A stretch of DNA of 24,444 bases, taken from IMG/VR virus record IMGVR_UViG_3300012275_000062; one strand, given 5' to 3'. This stretch comes from a virus (Duplodnaviria > Heunggongvirae > Uroviricota > Caudoviricetes). The notes beneath the pieces were generated by a model that was given only the letters and a program-made list of their open reading frames with translations, did not search any database and was not told the origin of the DNA. A program made the position numbers and the translations under genes. This document shows positions 1 to 8,560 of the stretch, piece by piece. How positions within the stretch are numbered: the stretch's first letter is position 1; each line of letters begins with the position of its first letter.

Positions 1-1053
1 TTACGGTGCAATGCCAACCGCTGCCGCCACTTTGTCGCCATTTGGCAGGGTTGCCAATGGGTTAAAGCGCAGCGCTGTTTCAAGGTGATCAGGGGCTAGG
101 TGAGCATAGCGCATGGTCATTTTTATGTCGTGGTGACCAAGGATTTTCTGTAGGGCAAGGATGTTACCGCCTGACATCATAAAGTGTGCTGCAAACGTAT
201 GGCGCAGAACGTGGGTAAGCTGACCGCGCGGCAGCACGATAGAAGTTTTCTCCATCACAGATAAAAACTGGAAGTAGCAGTCAGTAAAGAACTTGAAGCC
301 GTCCAGGGCAATAATTTCCTCATACAACTCTTTGCTGATCGGAATGCTGCGGTTCTTTTTGCCCTTAGTCCTGACAAATGTGATCCGGTATTTTGTAACC
401 TGAGAACGAGTCAGATTTACAGCTTCGCGCCAGCGGGCACCGGTACTCAGACAGATTTTGACAACCAGAGCGAGCAGGGGGCTTTGGCGTTTGCAGTCGC
501 ACAAAAGCTCAGTGATTTGTTCATGAGTCAGCCAGGCCATCTCCTTTTCTGCGATGGTGAATTTGCGCATGTTCTCCAGTGGGTTTGGTGCAGTCCATTC
601 TCCAAGTCGTGCCAACTCGCTAAACACTCCGCTCATATAGCTTTGCTCAAGATTGATAGTTACCGGGCTGGCTCCTTTCTTCCATTTTTCGCTAAAGTAG
701 ATTTCACCTGTCAGGCGTTTATCGCGATAGTGCGCGAACATTTTGGATGTTAAATCAGTGGCGAGGGGATTTCCGAGAGCATCGACCATCAGGATCAGCT
801 TGTCGTAAACATGCTCGCCAGCAGTCAGAGATTTGCCGTGCAGCTTGAACCAGAGTTCAACGACGTCTTTTAGAGTCCGACGGTCTACCGATTCGCCTAG
901 CCAGGGTTTTGCTTCTGTTTCTTCCATAGTGTGACGTTCGAAAGCCAGAGCCTCGCCTTTAGTGGCGAATTGCCTACGCATGCGGCGTCCGTTGCGACCT
1001 GCGGGGTAGCATTCGCATATCCATTTACCTGTGTCGAGTTTTCGTACTGCCAT
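1..1053 (-). CDS. int: Phage tyrosine integrase (P2/186 Int family), 350 aa
   Basis: Full ORF with stop at 1-3. Tyrosine-recombinase active-site residues are visible in the translation (GARWREA ... HVLRHTFA ... MTMRYAHL). Sits at the prophage end next to the immunity region, as in P2/186. Confidence 0.9.
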   Translation of the reverse strand: MAVRKLDTGKWICECYPAGRNGRRMRRQFATKGEALAFERHTMEETEAKPWLGESVDRRTLKDVVELWFKLHGKSLTAGEHVYDKLILMVDALGNPLATDLTSKMFAHYRDKRLTGEIYFSEKWKKGASPVTINLEQSYMSGVFSELARLGEWTAPNPLENMRKFTIAEKEMAWLTHEQITELLCDCKRQSPLLALVVKICLSTGARWREAVNLTRSQVTKYRITFVRTKGKKNRSIPISKELYEEIIALDGFKFFTDCYFQFLSVMEKTSIVLPRGQLTHVLRHTFAAHFMMSGGNILALQKILGHHDIKMTMRYAHLAPDHLETALRFNPLATLPNGDKVAAAVGIAP

Positions 1054-1059
1054 AAAAAA

Positions 1060-1077
1060 GCCCTCATGTCTGAGGGC
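1060..1077 (-). terminator. Intrinsic-terminator-like hairpin between the 418-aa cargo gene and int; also occludes the int SD
   Basis: Perfect 7-bp inverted repeat GCCCTCA / TGAGGGC with a 4-nt loop. On the minus strand it is followed by TTTTTT and then directly by the int ATG (1053). The only SD-like GAGGG upstream of int lies inside the stem. Confidence 0.45.
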
Positions 1078-1137
1078 TAAATTTAACTGTATGTTTGAAC
1101 AGTGGTCAATGTTTGATAACTATTAGATAAAACATTA

Positions 1138-2394
1138 TCATTCATTTTTAACTGCTTCATTTGACCCAGCTTCAAAACTTGATATTTTAAAATTAACAAG
1201 TTCTTTAATAGAATGGCAAATATTCATTAAATCATGTATCTCGAAATTATCACATTTTCTCAGAACATCATCATTAGTTGAGATATTAATTAAATTCATT
1301 ACGTCTTCGGCATTGAACTTTTCGTCATGCAAAACATTTTGGAATGTTGTTTGTATTACTTTGTAATAGCTATTAATATTTTCACTGTTTGAATGTGTAA
1401 GTTGATATAAATGTCTTATTTGTAGATATAATTCAAGCACTCTGTCTTTGAATAATTCTTCATCACTTTTAGTATTGTTAGAAAACTCATTCTCAAACTG
1501 GGATGTTAATTCTTCTTTTTCCTTCGGATCAATAGTCAGAGTCTCGGTTTTTTCAATTGCTTTTTTTAGTATTGGACTCAGTGTATTTGTAAGGCGAATT
1601 ACTTCATCAAGATCTTGTTTAGTAAAATCTCTATTATGAGCAACTTTGCATCTGAGTCGATATAAAATACTCCAATTTTTTATTATAGTGTCAGCATTTG
1701 CTTCGATGTTTGACTCAAAGAATTTTTCCCAGTTTGTTCTGGGAACGATTTTTTTCAATTCTGAGAATATATCAGCATTAATGTCTTTAAATTCAAGCGG
1801 GGTTAATTTTCGGATCAAATCTGTTATTTCAATCTCTCGGTAAGATTTGAATATAAAGTCAGAAAGTTCAATAAAGTCAACTTGATACATTAAATTATGT
1901 TCATTATATTCTGTGTTTTTTTCGGATTTTTTCAATGCTTCTGAAAATTCCTTCGGCACTGAATCTTTTGTCCAAGACAATCCAACGTTATGTATCATGA
2001 ATTTTGTTATTAATTTTCTCATTAAGTTTTCAATTTCATGGATTAATGGATAAGCCTGAATTGAGTAATATTTGCTTATATCATCCCAAATAATTTGAGT
2101 GCTACCTAAATTACTTTCGCTAGATATTTTTTTGAAGAGTCTGGTTAATCTTGAGAAAGTGATTAAATTATCTTCACTAACGTCGTTTAGTGTTAATTTT
2201 ACAGAGATAGTTTCTTTATTGCTTCCATATTCTGATATATCATATTTAAATGACTGTTCTTTGAATTTTAATTCTTTTGGTGAAAATATGACTTCCTCAC
2301 TGGCCTCAATTATTTTTTTATAGGCTGACGGAGAGCGTCCAAAGGAAGTATCTTTATTCACTATTAATAACATCTCGACTATACATTCATCCAT
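1138..2394 (-). CDS. AT-rich cargo protein, 418 aa, with an R-x4-H (HEPN-like) motif; candidate abortive-infection or defense effector
   Basis: Long ORF in a very AT-rich segment with Lys/Asn/Ile/Glu-rich codon usage unlike the backbone. Motif YRLRCKVAHNRDF (residues ~245-257, nt ~1636-1653) fits the HEPN R-x4-6-H signature. SD GAGGAG lies 7 nt upstream of the ATG at 2394. Co-oriented with cI and int. Confidence 0.7.
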   Translation of the reverse strand: MDECIVEMLLIVNKDTSFGRSPSAYKKIIEASEEVIFSPKELKFKEQSFKYDISEYGSNKETISVKLTLNDVSEDNLITFSRLTRLFKKISSESNLGSTQIIWDDISKYYSIQAYPLIHEIENLMRKLITKFMIHNVGLSWTKDSVPKEFSEALKKSEKNTEYNEHNLMYQVDFIELSDFIFKSYREIEITDLIRKLTPLEFKDINADIFSELKKIVPRTNWEKFFESNIEANADTIIKNWSILYRLRCKVAHNRDFTKQDLDEVIRLTNTLSPILKKAIEKTETLTIDPKEKEELTSQFENEFSNNTKSDEELFKDRVLELYLQIRHLYQLTHSNSENINSYYKVIQTTFQNVLHDEKFNAEDVMNLINISTNDDVLRKCDNFEIHDLMNICHSIKELVNFKISSFEAGSNEAVKNE

Positions 2395-2440
2395 TAATTA
2401 GCTCCTCGTTCACGTGATTTATTTTGCTAAAATTTAAGTT

Positions 2441-3007
2441 TTATTTATATTCAAGACATGCCATCACGATTTTTGCGATCATTATTATATCTTCTAACGC
2501 GCATTCGAAAGGAGATATACCACCTTCCACATGAAGGCGCCTGCCAGGCAAGCGTGTAATTGTTCTCATTGATATTTCACCATCAATATTAACAATCCAT
2601 TTTCCATCACGGACATCATCATAATCAATATCACAAATGTATTTGGAACTATCAACAACAACAACCATCGGATTTTTTAGAGCTTTAGGTAGAAAATTTA
2701 CATCAAAAACATAAGACCCTTCAGGACAAAGTTCACCATCATAGAGAATTTTTAGCGGAAGTTCTTTGGTGTTTTCATTTTGTGAACCCTCTTTGATTCC
2801 GTAGCCATTAGTCAGCCAGCTCAATGACGTACCTGTCTCTAAGGCGCACTGAATAACCCATTCCGCAGGGAAGGAGTCGCGCATATAGCGTGTCGCCAAA
2901 GTACTCTTTGAAATCCCTAAATGGTCGCACAAAGCTTGTCTTGTCTTGAAGCCATAGGCTTCAACCATACGCTCTATGGCACCACGGCCGCCTTTTTCCA
3001 AATTCAT
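2441..3007 (-). CDS. cI: Immunity repressor CI (186-type), about 188 aa
   Basis: N-terminal HTH-like segment (GFKTRQALCDHLGISKSTLATRYMRD) plus a C-terminal domain; length and position match 186 CI rather than the 99-aa P2 C. Start taken at ATG 3007 (SD GGAG upstream); the ORF track starts at GTG 3013. Divergent from the apl/cII operon. Confidence 0.75.
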   Translation of the reverse strand: MNLEKGGRGAIERMVEAYGFKTRQALCDHLGISKSTLATRYMRDSFPAEWVIQCALETGTSLSWLTNGYGIKEGSQNENTKELPLKILYDGELCPEGSYVFDVNFLPKALKNPMVVVVDSSKYICDIDYDDVRDGKWIVNIDGEISMRTITRLPGRRLHVEGGISPFECALEDIIMIAKIVMACLEYK

Positions 3008-3031
3008 GGTCACTCCAGGTGAACTTTTATC

Positions 3032-3060
3032 TTGACGATTTCATGATGTGATCGTATGTT
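3032..3060 (+). promoter_or_regulatory. Candidate rightward lytic promoter (pR-like) in the switch region
   Basis: TTGACG (3032-3037), 17-nt spacer, TATGTT (3055-3060), upstream of the apl-like gene. A perfect palindrome TGATTAATCA (3099-3108) lies between this promoter and the apl start and could be an operator. Confidence 0.35.
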
Positions 3061-3132
3061 TATCGTGTTCACAAAATACAAACGATCAGTATTCATCCTG
3101 ATTAATCATTGCTAAACGAGGAATGTTGCATC

Positions 3133-3354
3133 ATGAGACCTAACATTTCAATCACTCTCATCACCCCCCACGTCACTATTGAAAGATATAGTGAACTCAC
3201 TGGGTTATCTATCGACACAATCAACGACATGCTTGCGGATGGGCGATTGCTTCGTCATCGCCTACGCAAGGACAAAAAGCGTGAAAAAGTGATGATTAAC
3301 ATCGCTGCGATGACGGTCGATGCTCTTTCTGATTGCAATGTGACTATCAACTAG
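3133..3354 (+). CDS. apl: Small Apl/Cox-like excisionase and switch regulator, 73 aa
   Basis: First gene of the rightward operon, divergent from cI and immediately upstream of cII, which is the Apl position in 186. ATG 3133 with GAGGAA SD; the ORF track begins at an upstream TTG (3109). Assigned by position and size only. Confidence 0.5.
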   Translation: MRPNISITLITPHVTIERYSELTGLSIDTINDMLADGRLLRHRLRKDKKREKVMINIAAMTVDALSDCNVTIN

Positions 3355-3386
3355 TTCCATTCTGAGACTTCACGGAGCAACTGACT

Positions 3387-3896
3387 ATGTTTGACTATCG
3401 CATATCAAAACATCCGCATTTCCATGATGCCTGTCGGGCTTTTGCTTTACGGCACAACATGGCGAAGCTGGCAGAACTTGCAGGCATGAACGTCCAAACC
3501 CTGCGCAATAAGCTCAACCCGGAGCAACCGCACCAGCTCACGGCGCCAGACATATGGCTGCTAACCGATCTCACCGAAGACTCCACATTAGTTGATGGGT
3601 TTCTGGCGCAAATTCATTGCTTGCCATGTGTTCCGGTAAACGAAGTTGCAAAAGAGAAATTGCCGCATTACGTCATGAGCGCTACCGCAGAAATAGGTCG
3701 TGTTGCTGCAGGTGCCGTCTCTGGTGAAGTGAAAACTACCGCAGGCCGCCGCGATGTAATTAGCAGCATTAATTCAGTTACGCGTTTGATGGCACTGACT
3801 GCAGTTTCATTACAGGCGCGTTTGCAGGCTAACCCAGCGATGGCAAGCGCAGTAGATACCGTGACGGGCCTCGGTGCTTCGTTCGGTCTGATCTGA
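3387..3896 (+). CDS. cII: CII-like establishment-of-lysogeny activator (186 CII family), 169 aa
   Basis: Translation MFDYRISKHPHFHDACRAFALRHNMAKLAELAGMNVQTLRNKLNPEQ... matches my recollection of 186 CII in sequence and length. SD ACGGAG upstream of ATG 3387. Confidence 0.7.
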   Translation: MFDYRISKHPHFHDACRAFALRHNMAKLAELAGMNVQTLRNKLNPEQPHQLTAPDIWLLTDLTEDSTLVDGFLAQIHCLPCVPVNEVAKEKLPHYVMSATAEIGRVAAGAVSGEVKTTAGRRDVISSINSVTRLMALTAVSLQARLQANPAMASAVDTVTGLGASFGLI

Positions 3897-3903
3897 GGTG
3901 GTT

Positions 3904-4237
3904 ATGCTGACGAAAGAACCTTCATTTGCATCACTATTGGTGAGGCAAAGCCCGGCAATGCACTGCGGTCATGGCTGGATTATGGGGAAGGATGGCAAGC
4001 GCTGGCACCTGTGCCGTACTCAGAATGCGCTTCTGGATGAATTGTCTACAACCAAAAAGGGGAAATCATGGCGCAAGCTACAGAAGGTGTGTTTTACCAG
4101 TTCTTCCATAAGGGCGAAAAGTATTCAATTCATGAGGACGAGTTTGCAAGTTGTTATCCGTCTCTTTCGGGTGATGGTAGTTACTATTTTACGTTGCGAG
4201 ATGGGACATTCTTTCGGGGGGAACGGGTTCAGGAAGT
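3904..4237 (+). CDS. Hypothetical early protein (186 fil/dhr position); 3' end undetermined because the frame runs into the N-gap
   Basis: ATG 3904 just after the cII stop with SD GAGG. No stop codon before the gap at 4238. The downstream part of this frame looks non-protein-like, so the real gene is probably short. Confidence 0.3.
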
Positions 4238-4352
4238 NNNNNNNNNNNNNNNNNNNNNNNNNNNNNNNNNNNGAAAAGCACATCACCTCTTGAACAGTAT
4301 CGCCAACAAACTTATCGGTAACGCTCTATTAGCTCCTGAAGTTTGTAGGTGA
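4068..4352 (+). CDS. Hypothetical early protein, interrupted by the assembly gap 4238-4272
   Basis: ATG 4068 preceded by a strong SD (AAAAAGGGGAAATC). Protein-like N-terminus MAQATEGVFYQFFHKGEKYSIHEDEF... Length is unreliable because of the N-run. Confidence 0.45.
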   Translation: MAQATEGVFYQFFHKGEKYSIHEDEFASCYPSLSGDGSYYFTLRDGTFFRGERVQEXXXXXXXXXXXXXKAHHLLNSIANKLIGNALLAPEVCR

Positions 4353-4560
4353 ATTCCTGACGTTTGAGTGAGCCTGGCGGCAATTTGTTTAATTCTTCAC
4401 GAAGGATGTTTAAAAATGCTGACTGATTCGATGATTCTCCTCGTAGCACACTGTGTAGTAAGCCAGACAGCAGGATTTGTTGCATCTCAACATCCTCTCG
4501 CAGTCGCGCAATTTCATTTTCAAGCTGCTCGATCCGTTCCTTCTCAACCAGGTTCAACAT
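4312..4560 (-). CDS. Hypothetical small coiled-coil protein, about 82 aa, antisense to the early operon
   Basis: Minus-strand ORF. Start preferred at ATG 4560 (SD GAGGG 7 nt upstream) rather than the ORF-track start at 4590. Heptad-like translation (EQLENEIARLREDVEMQQILL). Confidence 0.45.
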   Translation of the reverse strand: MLNLVEKERIEQLENEIARLREDVEMQQILLSGLLHSVLRGESSNQSAFLNILREELNKLPPGSLKRQEFTYKLQELIERYR

Positions 4561-4627
4561 TGGTACACCCTCTGAGTTATCTCGTTGCATCGGAAAATCA
4601 TATCAGAGAAGGAGTAGTAAGTGACCA

Positions 4628-4981
4628 GTGGGGGAATTTATGGCTATTGAAGGCGCTGTGGTGACTGTCCCATTAAGCCCCGGTAAACGCCTGGACGGAC
4701 TGAACCATATTGCAGAATTACGCGCAAAAGTGTTTGGCCTGAATATTGAGTCGGAGCTTGAAAGGTTCATTGAAGATATGCGCAACCAAAGGGACGTTAA
4801 CAATAAACAAAATGTGAGGGCATTGGCAGCCATATTTTATATGGCAAAAATTCCGGCAGAACGTCATAGCGTCAATATTAGTGATCTGACTACTGACGAA
4901 AAGCGGGAACTGATTAAAGCAATGAATCATTTTCGTGCAGTGGTGAGCTTATTTCCAAAACGGCTAACCATGCCGAATTAA
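4628..4981 (+). CDS. Hypothetical early protein, 117 aa
   Basis: ORF in the rightward early operon. Alternative in-frame start at ATG 4640. No motif recognised. Confidence 0.55.
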   Translation: MGEFMAIEGAVVTVPLSPGKRLDGLNHIAELRAKVFGLNIESELERFIEDMRNQRDVNNKQNVRALAAIFYMAKIPAERHSVNISDLTTDEKRELIKAMNHFRAVVSLFPKRLTMPN

Positions 4982-5048
4982 TCCAAAACAGAAATTAATG
5001 GCGTAAACCCGCAGGGTTTCTTATGGCCCAAATTCAGGAGAAACAACT

Positions 5049-5282
5049 ATGCGAAATATTGAAATCCGTATCACCAAATCCGGACCAGATGATGCTGGAC
5101 TTAACCAATTGCTGACTGATGCACGCATGGAAGAACGCCGGGCACGTGCCTCAGCAATGGCAGCCCGTCTTGATAGCCTGGCTTGCCATATCACGTCACG
5201 CCAGCTTAACCACGTTGAAGCGGCAGAGCTGCTGCGTATTGCGGCTGAAAACATTCAGAACGAAGCGCAGGAGATCCACTGA
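5049..5282 (+). CDS. Hypothetical early protein, 77 aa
   Basis: Strong SD (AGGAGAAACAACT) before ATG 5049. Stop overlaps the next start (TGATG at 5280-5284), suggesting translational coupling. Confidence 0.6.
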   Translation: MRNIEIRITKSGPDDAGLNQLLTDARMEERRARASAMAARLDSLACHITSRQLNHVEAAELLRIAAENIQNEAQEIH

Positions 5283-5509
5283 TGGCTGATTCAATGGACC
5301 TCGTGCAACAGCGCGTTGAAGAAGAACGTCAGCGCCATATCCAAACAGCTCGCAGCCGAAAGACTGGGGCTTCTTCTCTGGAGTGTGAGTGTTGCGGAAT
5401 CGTCATCCCGGAACAGCGCCGTGCTGCAGTGCCGGGCTGTGATCTCTGCGTCACCTGTAAGGAAATAGCAGAGCTGAAAGGGATGCACTACACCCGAGGT
5501 GCTTTGTGA
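5282..5509 (+). CDS. TraR/DksA-family C4 zinc-finger protein, 75 aa
   Basis: CxxC-N17-CxxC arrangement ([25 protein letters not shown]), typical of phage TraR-like zinc fingers. Coupled to the upstream ORF. Confidence 0.65.
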   Translation: MADSMDLVQQRVEEERQRHIQTARSRKTGASSLECECCGIVIPEQRRAAVPGCDLCVTCKEIAELKGMHYTRGAL

Positions 5510-5528
5510 GCTTTGGAGTCTTCCAGTG

Positions 5529-7955
5529 ATGTCTGAGCTACTAAAAGATAAAGGCGGTCCGATTGTGACCGCCGTGGCCTTTCCATGGAATACCCCAAAA
5601 AAAGCGGTTAACCCGTATTTGGACCCGGCGGAATTTGCGCCTGAGTCTGCGCTTTCAAACCTCATCACTCTGTACGCTGCAGATAACGAGCAGGAGCATC
5701 TGCGCCGTGAGGCGCTGAGTGATGAGGTGTGGGAACGTTATTTCTTCAATGAATCCCGCGATCCTGTCCAGCGTGAAATAGAGCAGGATCGGCTGATTAG
5801 CCATGCCAGAATGGCCCGCGAGCAGCAGCGCGTTAATCCCGATTTGGTGATTATTGCCGATGTAAGCGCCATGCCTGCCCATATCAGCAAGCCTCTGTTA
5901 GAGCGGATTAAATACTTCAATAGCCTAGGCAGGGCTAAAGCTTATTCCCGTTATCTGCGCGAAACAATCAGGCCTTGTTTTGAGCGGCTGGAGCGAGTGC
6001 GTGACAGCCAGGTGTCTGCATCTTTCCGATTCATGGCGAGCCAGGACGGGCTGGAGGGATTGCTGGTACTTCCTGAAATGAATCAGGATCAGGTCAAGCG
6101 CCTTTCCACGCTGGTTGCGGCACATATGAGCATGTGTCTTGATGCGGCTTGCGGTGATCTGTTTGTCAGTGACGATGTTAAACCAGAAGAAATCCGCCAG
6201 GCGTGGGAAAGGGTTGCTGCAGAAGCCATGCGCCTTGAGGTCATTCCGCCTGCCTTTGAGAAGTTGCGCCGCAAAAAGCGCCGTCGCAAGCCAGTGCCTT
6301 ATGAACTGATCCCACCGTCGCTGGCGCGCATGCTGTGCGCGGACTGGTGGTATCGCAAATTGTGGCAGATGCGCTGCGAGTGGCGGGAGGAGCAGATGCG
6401 CGCCGTCTGTCTGGTCAACAAGAAAGCGTCCCCGTATGTCAGTTATGAAGCCGTGATACACAAACGCGAGCAGCGTCGCAAATCGTTGGAGTTCTTCCGC
6501 TCGCATGAGCTGGTCAATGAAGACGGCGACACGCTGGACATGGAAGATGTAGTGAACGCCAGCAACAGTAACCCGGCACACCGCCGTAATGAAATGATGA
6601 CCTGTGTTAAGGGGCTGGAACTGATAGCGGAAATGCGCGGAGACTGCGCGGTGTTCTATACCATCACCTGCCCGTCACGCTTCCACGCAACCCTCAACAA
6701 CGGCAGACCTAATCCGAAGTGGACCAGTGCCACTGTCCGGCAGAGCAGTGATTATCTGGTTGATACGTTCGCCGCTTTCCGCAAGGCCATGCACAAGGCC
6801 GGATTGCGCTGGTACGGCGTCCGCGTTGCAGAGCCGCACCATGACGGCACCGTGCACTGGCATCTTCTGTGCTTTATGCGCAAAAAAGACCGTCGTTCCA
6901 TCACCGCGCTGCTGCGTAAGTTCGCCATCCGTGAAGACCGCGAGGAACTGGGCACCAATACCGGCCCGCGCTTCAAGTCCGAGCTAATCAACCCGCGCAA
7001 GGGTACACCGACCAGCTACATCGCCAAATACATCAGTAAGAACATCGACGGGCGCGGGCTGGCTAAAGAAATCAGCAAAGAAACCGGCAGATCATTGCGT
7101 GACAGCGCCGAGCATGTCTGTGCCTGGGCGTCACTGCACCGTGTCCAGCAATTCCGTTTCTTTGGTATCCCGGGGCGTCAGGCATACCGTGAGCTGCGCT
7201 TGCTGGCTGGTCAGGCGGCGAGAGTGCAGGGCGAACGCAAAGCGGGTGCACCGGTACTGGATAATCCGCGTCTGGATGCGGTACTGGCAGCTGCAGATGC
7301 GGGTTGCTTTGCCACTTACATCATGAAGCAGGGCGGTGTACTGGTTCCCCGCAAACATCACCTTGTCCGCACGGCTTATGAGCTTAACGACGAACCGAGC
7401 GCTTACGGCGATCACGGTATCCGTATCTATGGCATCTGGTCCCCGATTATAGAGGGCAAGATTTGCACGCACGCGATGAAGTGNNNNNNNNNNAAGTGGA
7501 AAAAGGCCCGTAAGGCCGTTGACGTTCAGGAGGCGGCAGCCGACCAGGGCGCTTGCGCCCCTTGGACTCGTGGCAATAACTGTCCCCTTGCTGAAAATTT
7601 GAACCAGCAGGAGAAAGATAAATCAGCTGATGGGGACACCAGAACGGACATTACCTGCATGGATGACAAGGAGTTGCACGATTATCTGCACAGTTTGAGC
7701 AAAAAAGAGCGCCGGGAACTGGCTGCAAGGTTACGCCTGGTTAAGCCGAAACGGCGTAAAGACTACAAACAGCGAATTACAGATCATCAGCGACAACAGC
7801 TCGTCTATGAGCTGAATTCCAGAGGATTTGATGGTAGCGAGAAAGAGGTCGATTTACTCCTTCGCGGCGGCAGTATTCCGTCAGGAGCAGGCCTGCGTAT
7901 CTTCTATCGGAACCAGCGTTTGCAGGAAGATGACAAGTGGCGGAACCTGTATTAA
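5529..7955 (+). CDS. A: Replication initiation endonuclease A (P2 gpA family, rolling-circle HUH nuclease); contains an N-gap at 7484-7493
   Basis: HUH motif [12 protein letters not shown] (HWH at 6855-6863) and tandem catalytic tyrosines [12 protein letters not shown] (~7017-7040), both closely matching recalled P2 gpA. Start set at ATG 5529 ([12 protein letters not shown] upstream); the ORF track starts at GTG 5499. Confidence 0.85.
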   Translation: MSELLKDKGGPIVTAVAFPWNTPKKAVNPYLDPAEFAPESALSNLITLYAADNEQEHLRREALSDEVWERYFFNESRDPVQREIEQDRLISHARMAREQQRVNPDLVIIADVSAMPAHISKPLLERIKYFNSLGRAKAYSRYLRETIRPCFERLERVRDSQVSASFRFMASQDGLEGLLVLPEMNQDQVKRLSTLVAAHMSMCLDAACGDLFVSDDVKPEEIRQAWERVAAEAMRLEVIPPAFEKLRRKKRRRKPVPYELIPPSLARMLCADWWYRKLWQMRCEWREEQMRAVCLVNKKASPYVSYEAVIHKREQRRKSLEFFRSHELVNEDGDTLDMEDVVNASNSNPAHRRNEMMTCVKGLELIAEMRGDCAVFYTITCPSRFHATLNNGRPNPKWTSATVRQSSDYLVDTFAAFRKAMHKAGLRWYGVRVAEPHHDGTVHWHLLCFMRKKDRRSITALLRKFAIREDREELGTNTGPRFKSELINPRKGTPTSYIAKYISKNIDGRGLAKEISKETGRSLRDSAEHVCAWASLHRVQQFRFFGIPGRQAYRELRLLAGQAARVQGERKAGAPVLDNPRLDAVLAAADAGCFATYIMKQGGVLVPRKHHLVRTAYELNDEPSAYGDHGIRIYGIWSPIIEGKICTHAMKXXXXKWKKARKAVDVQEAAADQGACAPWTRGNNCPLAENLNQQEKDKSADGDTRTDITCMDDKELHDYLHSLSKKERRELAARLRLVKPKRRKDYKQRITDHQRQQLVYELNSRGFDGSEKEVDLLLRGGSIPSGAGLRIFYRNQRLQEDDKWRNLY

Positions 7956-8024
7956 TTACGCGGGTTAACAATTCGTGCTCTTAATAATACCAGGCATATC
8001 AGGCTGATGAACGTAAAAAAACGT

Positions 8025-8067
8025 TTTACATCAGTAAGATTATTATATACTGTAAATATAAACAGTG
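8025..8067 (+). promoter_or_regulatory. SOS-regulated promoter with a near-consensus LexA box
   Basis: TACTGTAAATATAAACAGTG (8048-8067) fits the CTGT-N8-ACAG LexA box and overlaps a -10-like TATACT (8046-8051). A -35-like TTTACA sits at 8025-8030. It is immediately upstream of the 62-aa gene. Confidence 0.55.
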
Positions 8068-8108
8068 GTTATGTATACAGTGTTGCTTGTGGTGTCATAG
8101 GAGGAAAG

Positions 8109-8297
8109 ATGCAGGACTATTTTTTGGAGTCTTTGAAGCTCCAGCGCATTGATTTTTTTCTTAAGCTTGTAGCGGCCAGTGAGTGTAGTGATGAAGAGAA
8201 GAGACTGGCTATCCAGTGGGTTTCTGAGCTGACTGACGAGTTGATGGCGAAAATTCGTAACTATGAATACAGCCGTACAATGGACGCTACCAGCTAG
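8109..8297 (+). CDS. SOS-controlled small protein, 62 aa; candidate Tum-like antirepressor
   Basis: ATG 8109 preceded by AGGAGG. It is the first gene downstream of the LexA box, in the position of the LexA-controlled tum operon of phage 186. Function is inferred from context only. Confidence 0.5.
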   Translation: MQDYFLESLKLQRIDFFLKLVAASECSDEEKRLAIQWVSELTDELMAKIRNYEYSRTMDATS

Positions 8298-8307
8298 GGG
8301 AAAACCT

Positions 8308-8537
8308 ATGCGCATTGAAACAATGATCGATAAAGAGCAGTAAATTAGCTAGGCGCTGTTAGAAGCCGTTGAATCCGAGCTTTACCGCAACCTGCAGCCT
8401 ATCTATCCAAAGACAGCAATCCGCATTCGTAAAGGTTCGGCAAACGGCGTTGAGCTGAGCGGCTTAAAACTTGATGAAGACAAAAGCGAGTGATGGAAAT
8501 CATGCAGCATGTTTGGGAAGATGAGAGCTGCTTTTAA
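8308..8537 (+). pseudogene. DinI-family gene remnant, disrupted by two in-frame stops and a frameshift
   Basis: MRIETMIDKEQ then TAA (8341) and TAG (8350), then ...AIRIRKGSANGVELSGLKLDEDKSE, then a frameshift to MEIMQHVWEDESCF. These pieces align in order with recalled E. coli DinI (MRIEVTIAK ... SVRYAAANNLSVIGATKEDKQRISEILQETWESADDWF). Confidence 0.45.
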
Positions 8538-8560
8538 ATATCGATTTAGGGGAAAATCTC

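Noticed and set aside
484-753. Plus-strand 89-aa ORF inside the integrase gene
   Set aside because: Fully nested antisense within a well-supported int ORF; no SD; typical shadow ORF.
1448-2323. Three small plus-strand ORFs (1448-1639, 1646-1843, 2099-2323) inside the 418-aa cargo gene
   Set aside because: Antisense shadow ORFs in AT-rich DNA; low-complexity, hydrophobic translations; the long minus-strand frame explains the region.
5005-5019. Short hairpin AAACCC-GCA-GGGTTT between early ORFs
   Set aside because: Only a 6-bp A/T-containing stem with a 3-nt loop; too weak to call a terminator by eye.
5925-7472. Minus-strand ORFs nested in gene A (e.g. 5925-6581, 6752-7000, 7131-7472)
   Set aside because: Overlap the A coding frame, which has clear HUH and Tyr motifs; Arg/Ala/Ser-rich translations typical of antisense frames in GC-rich DNA.
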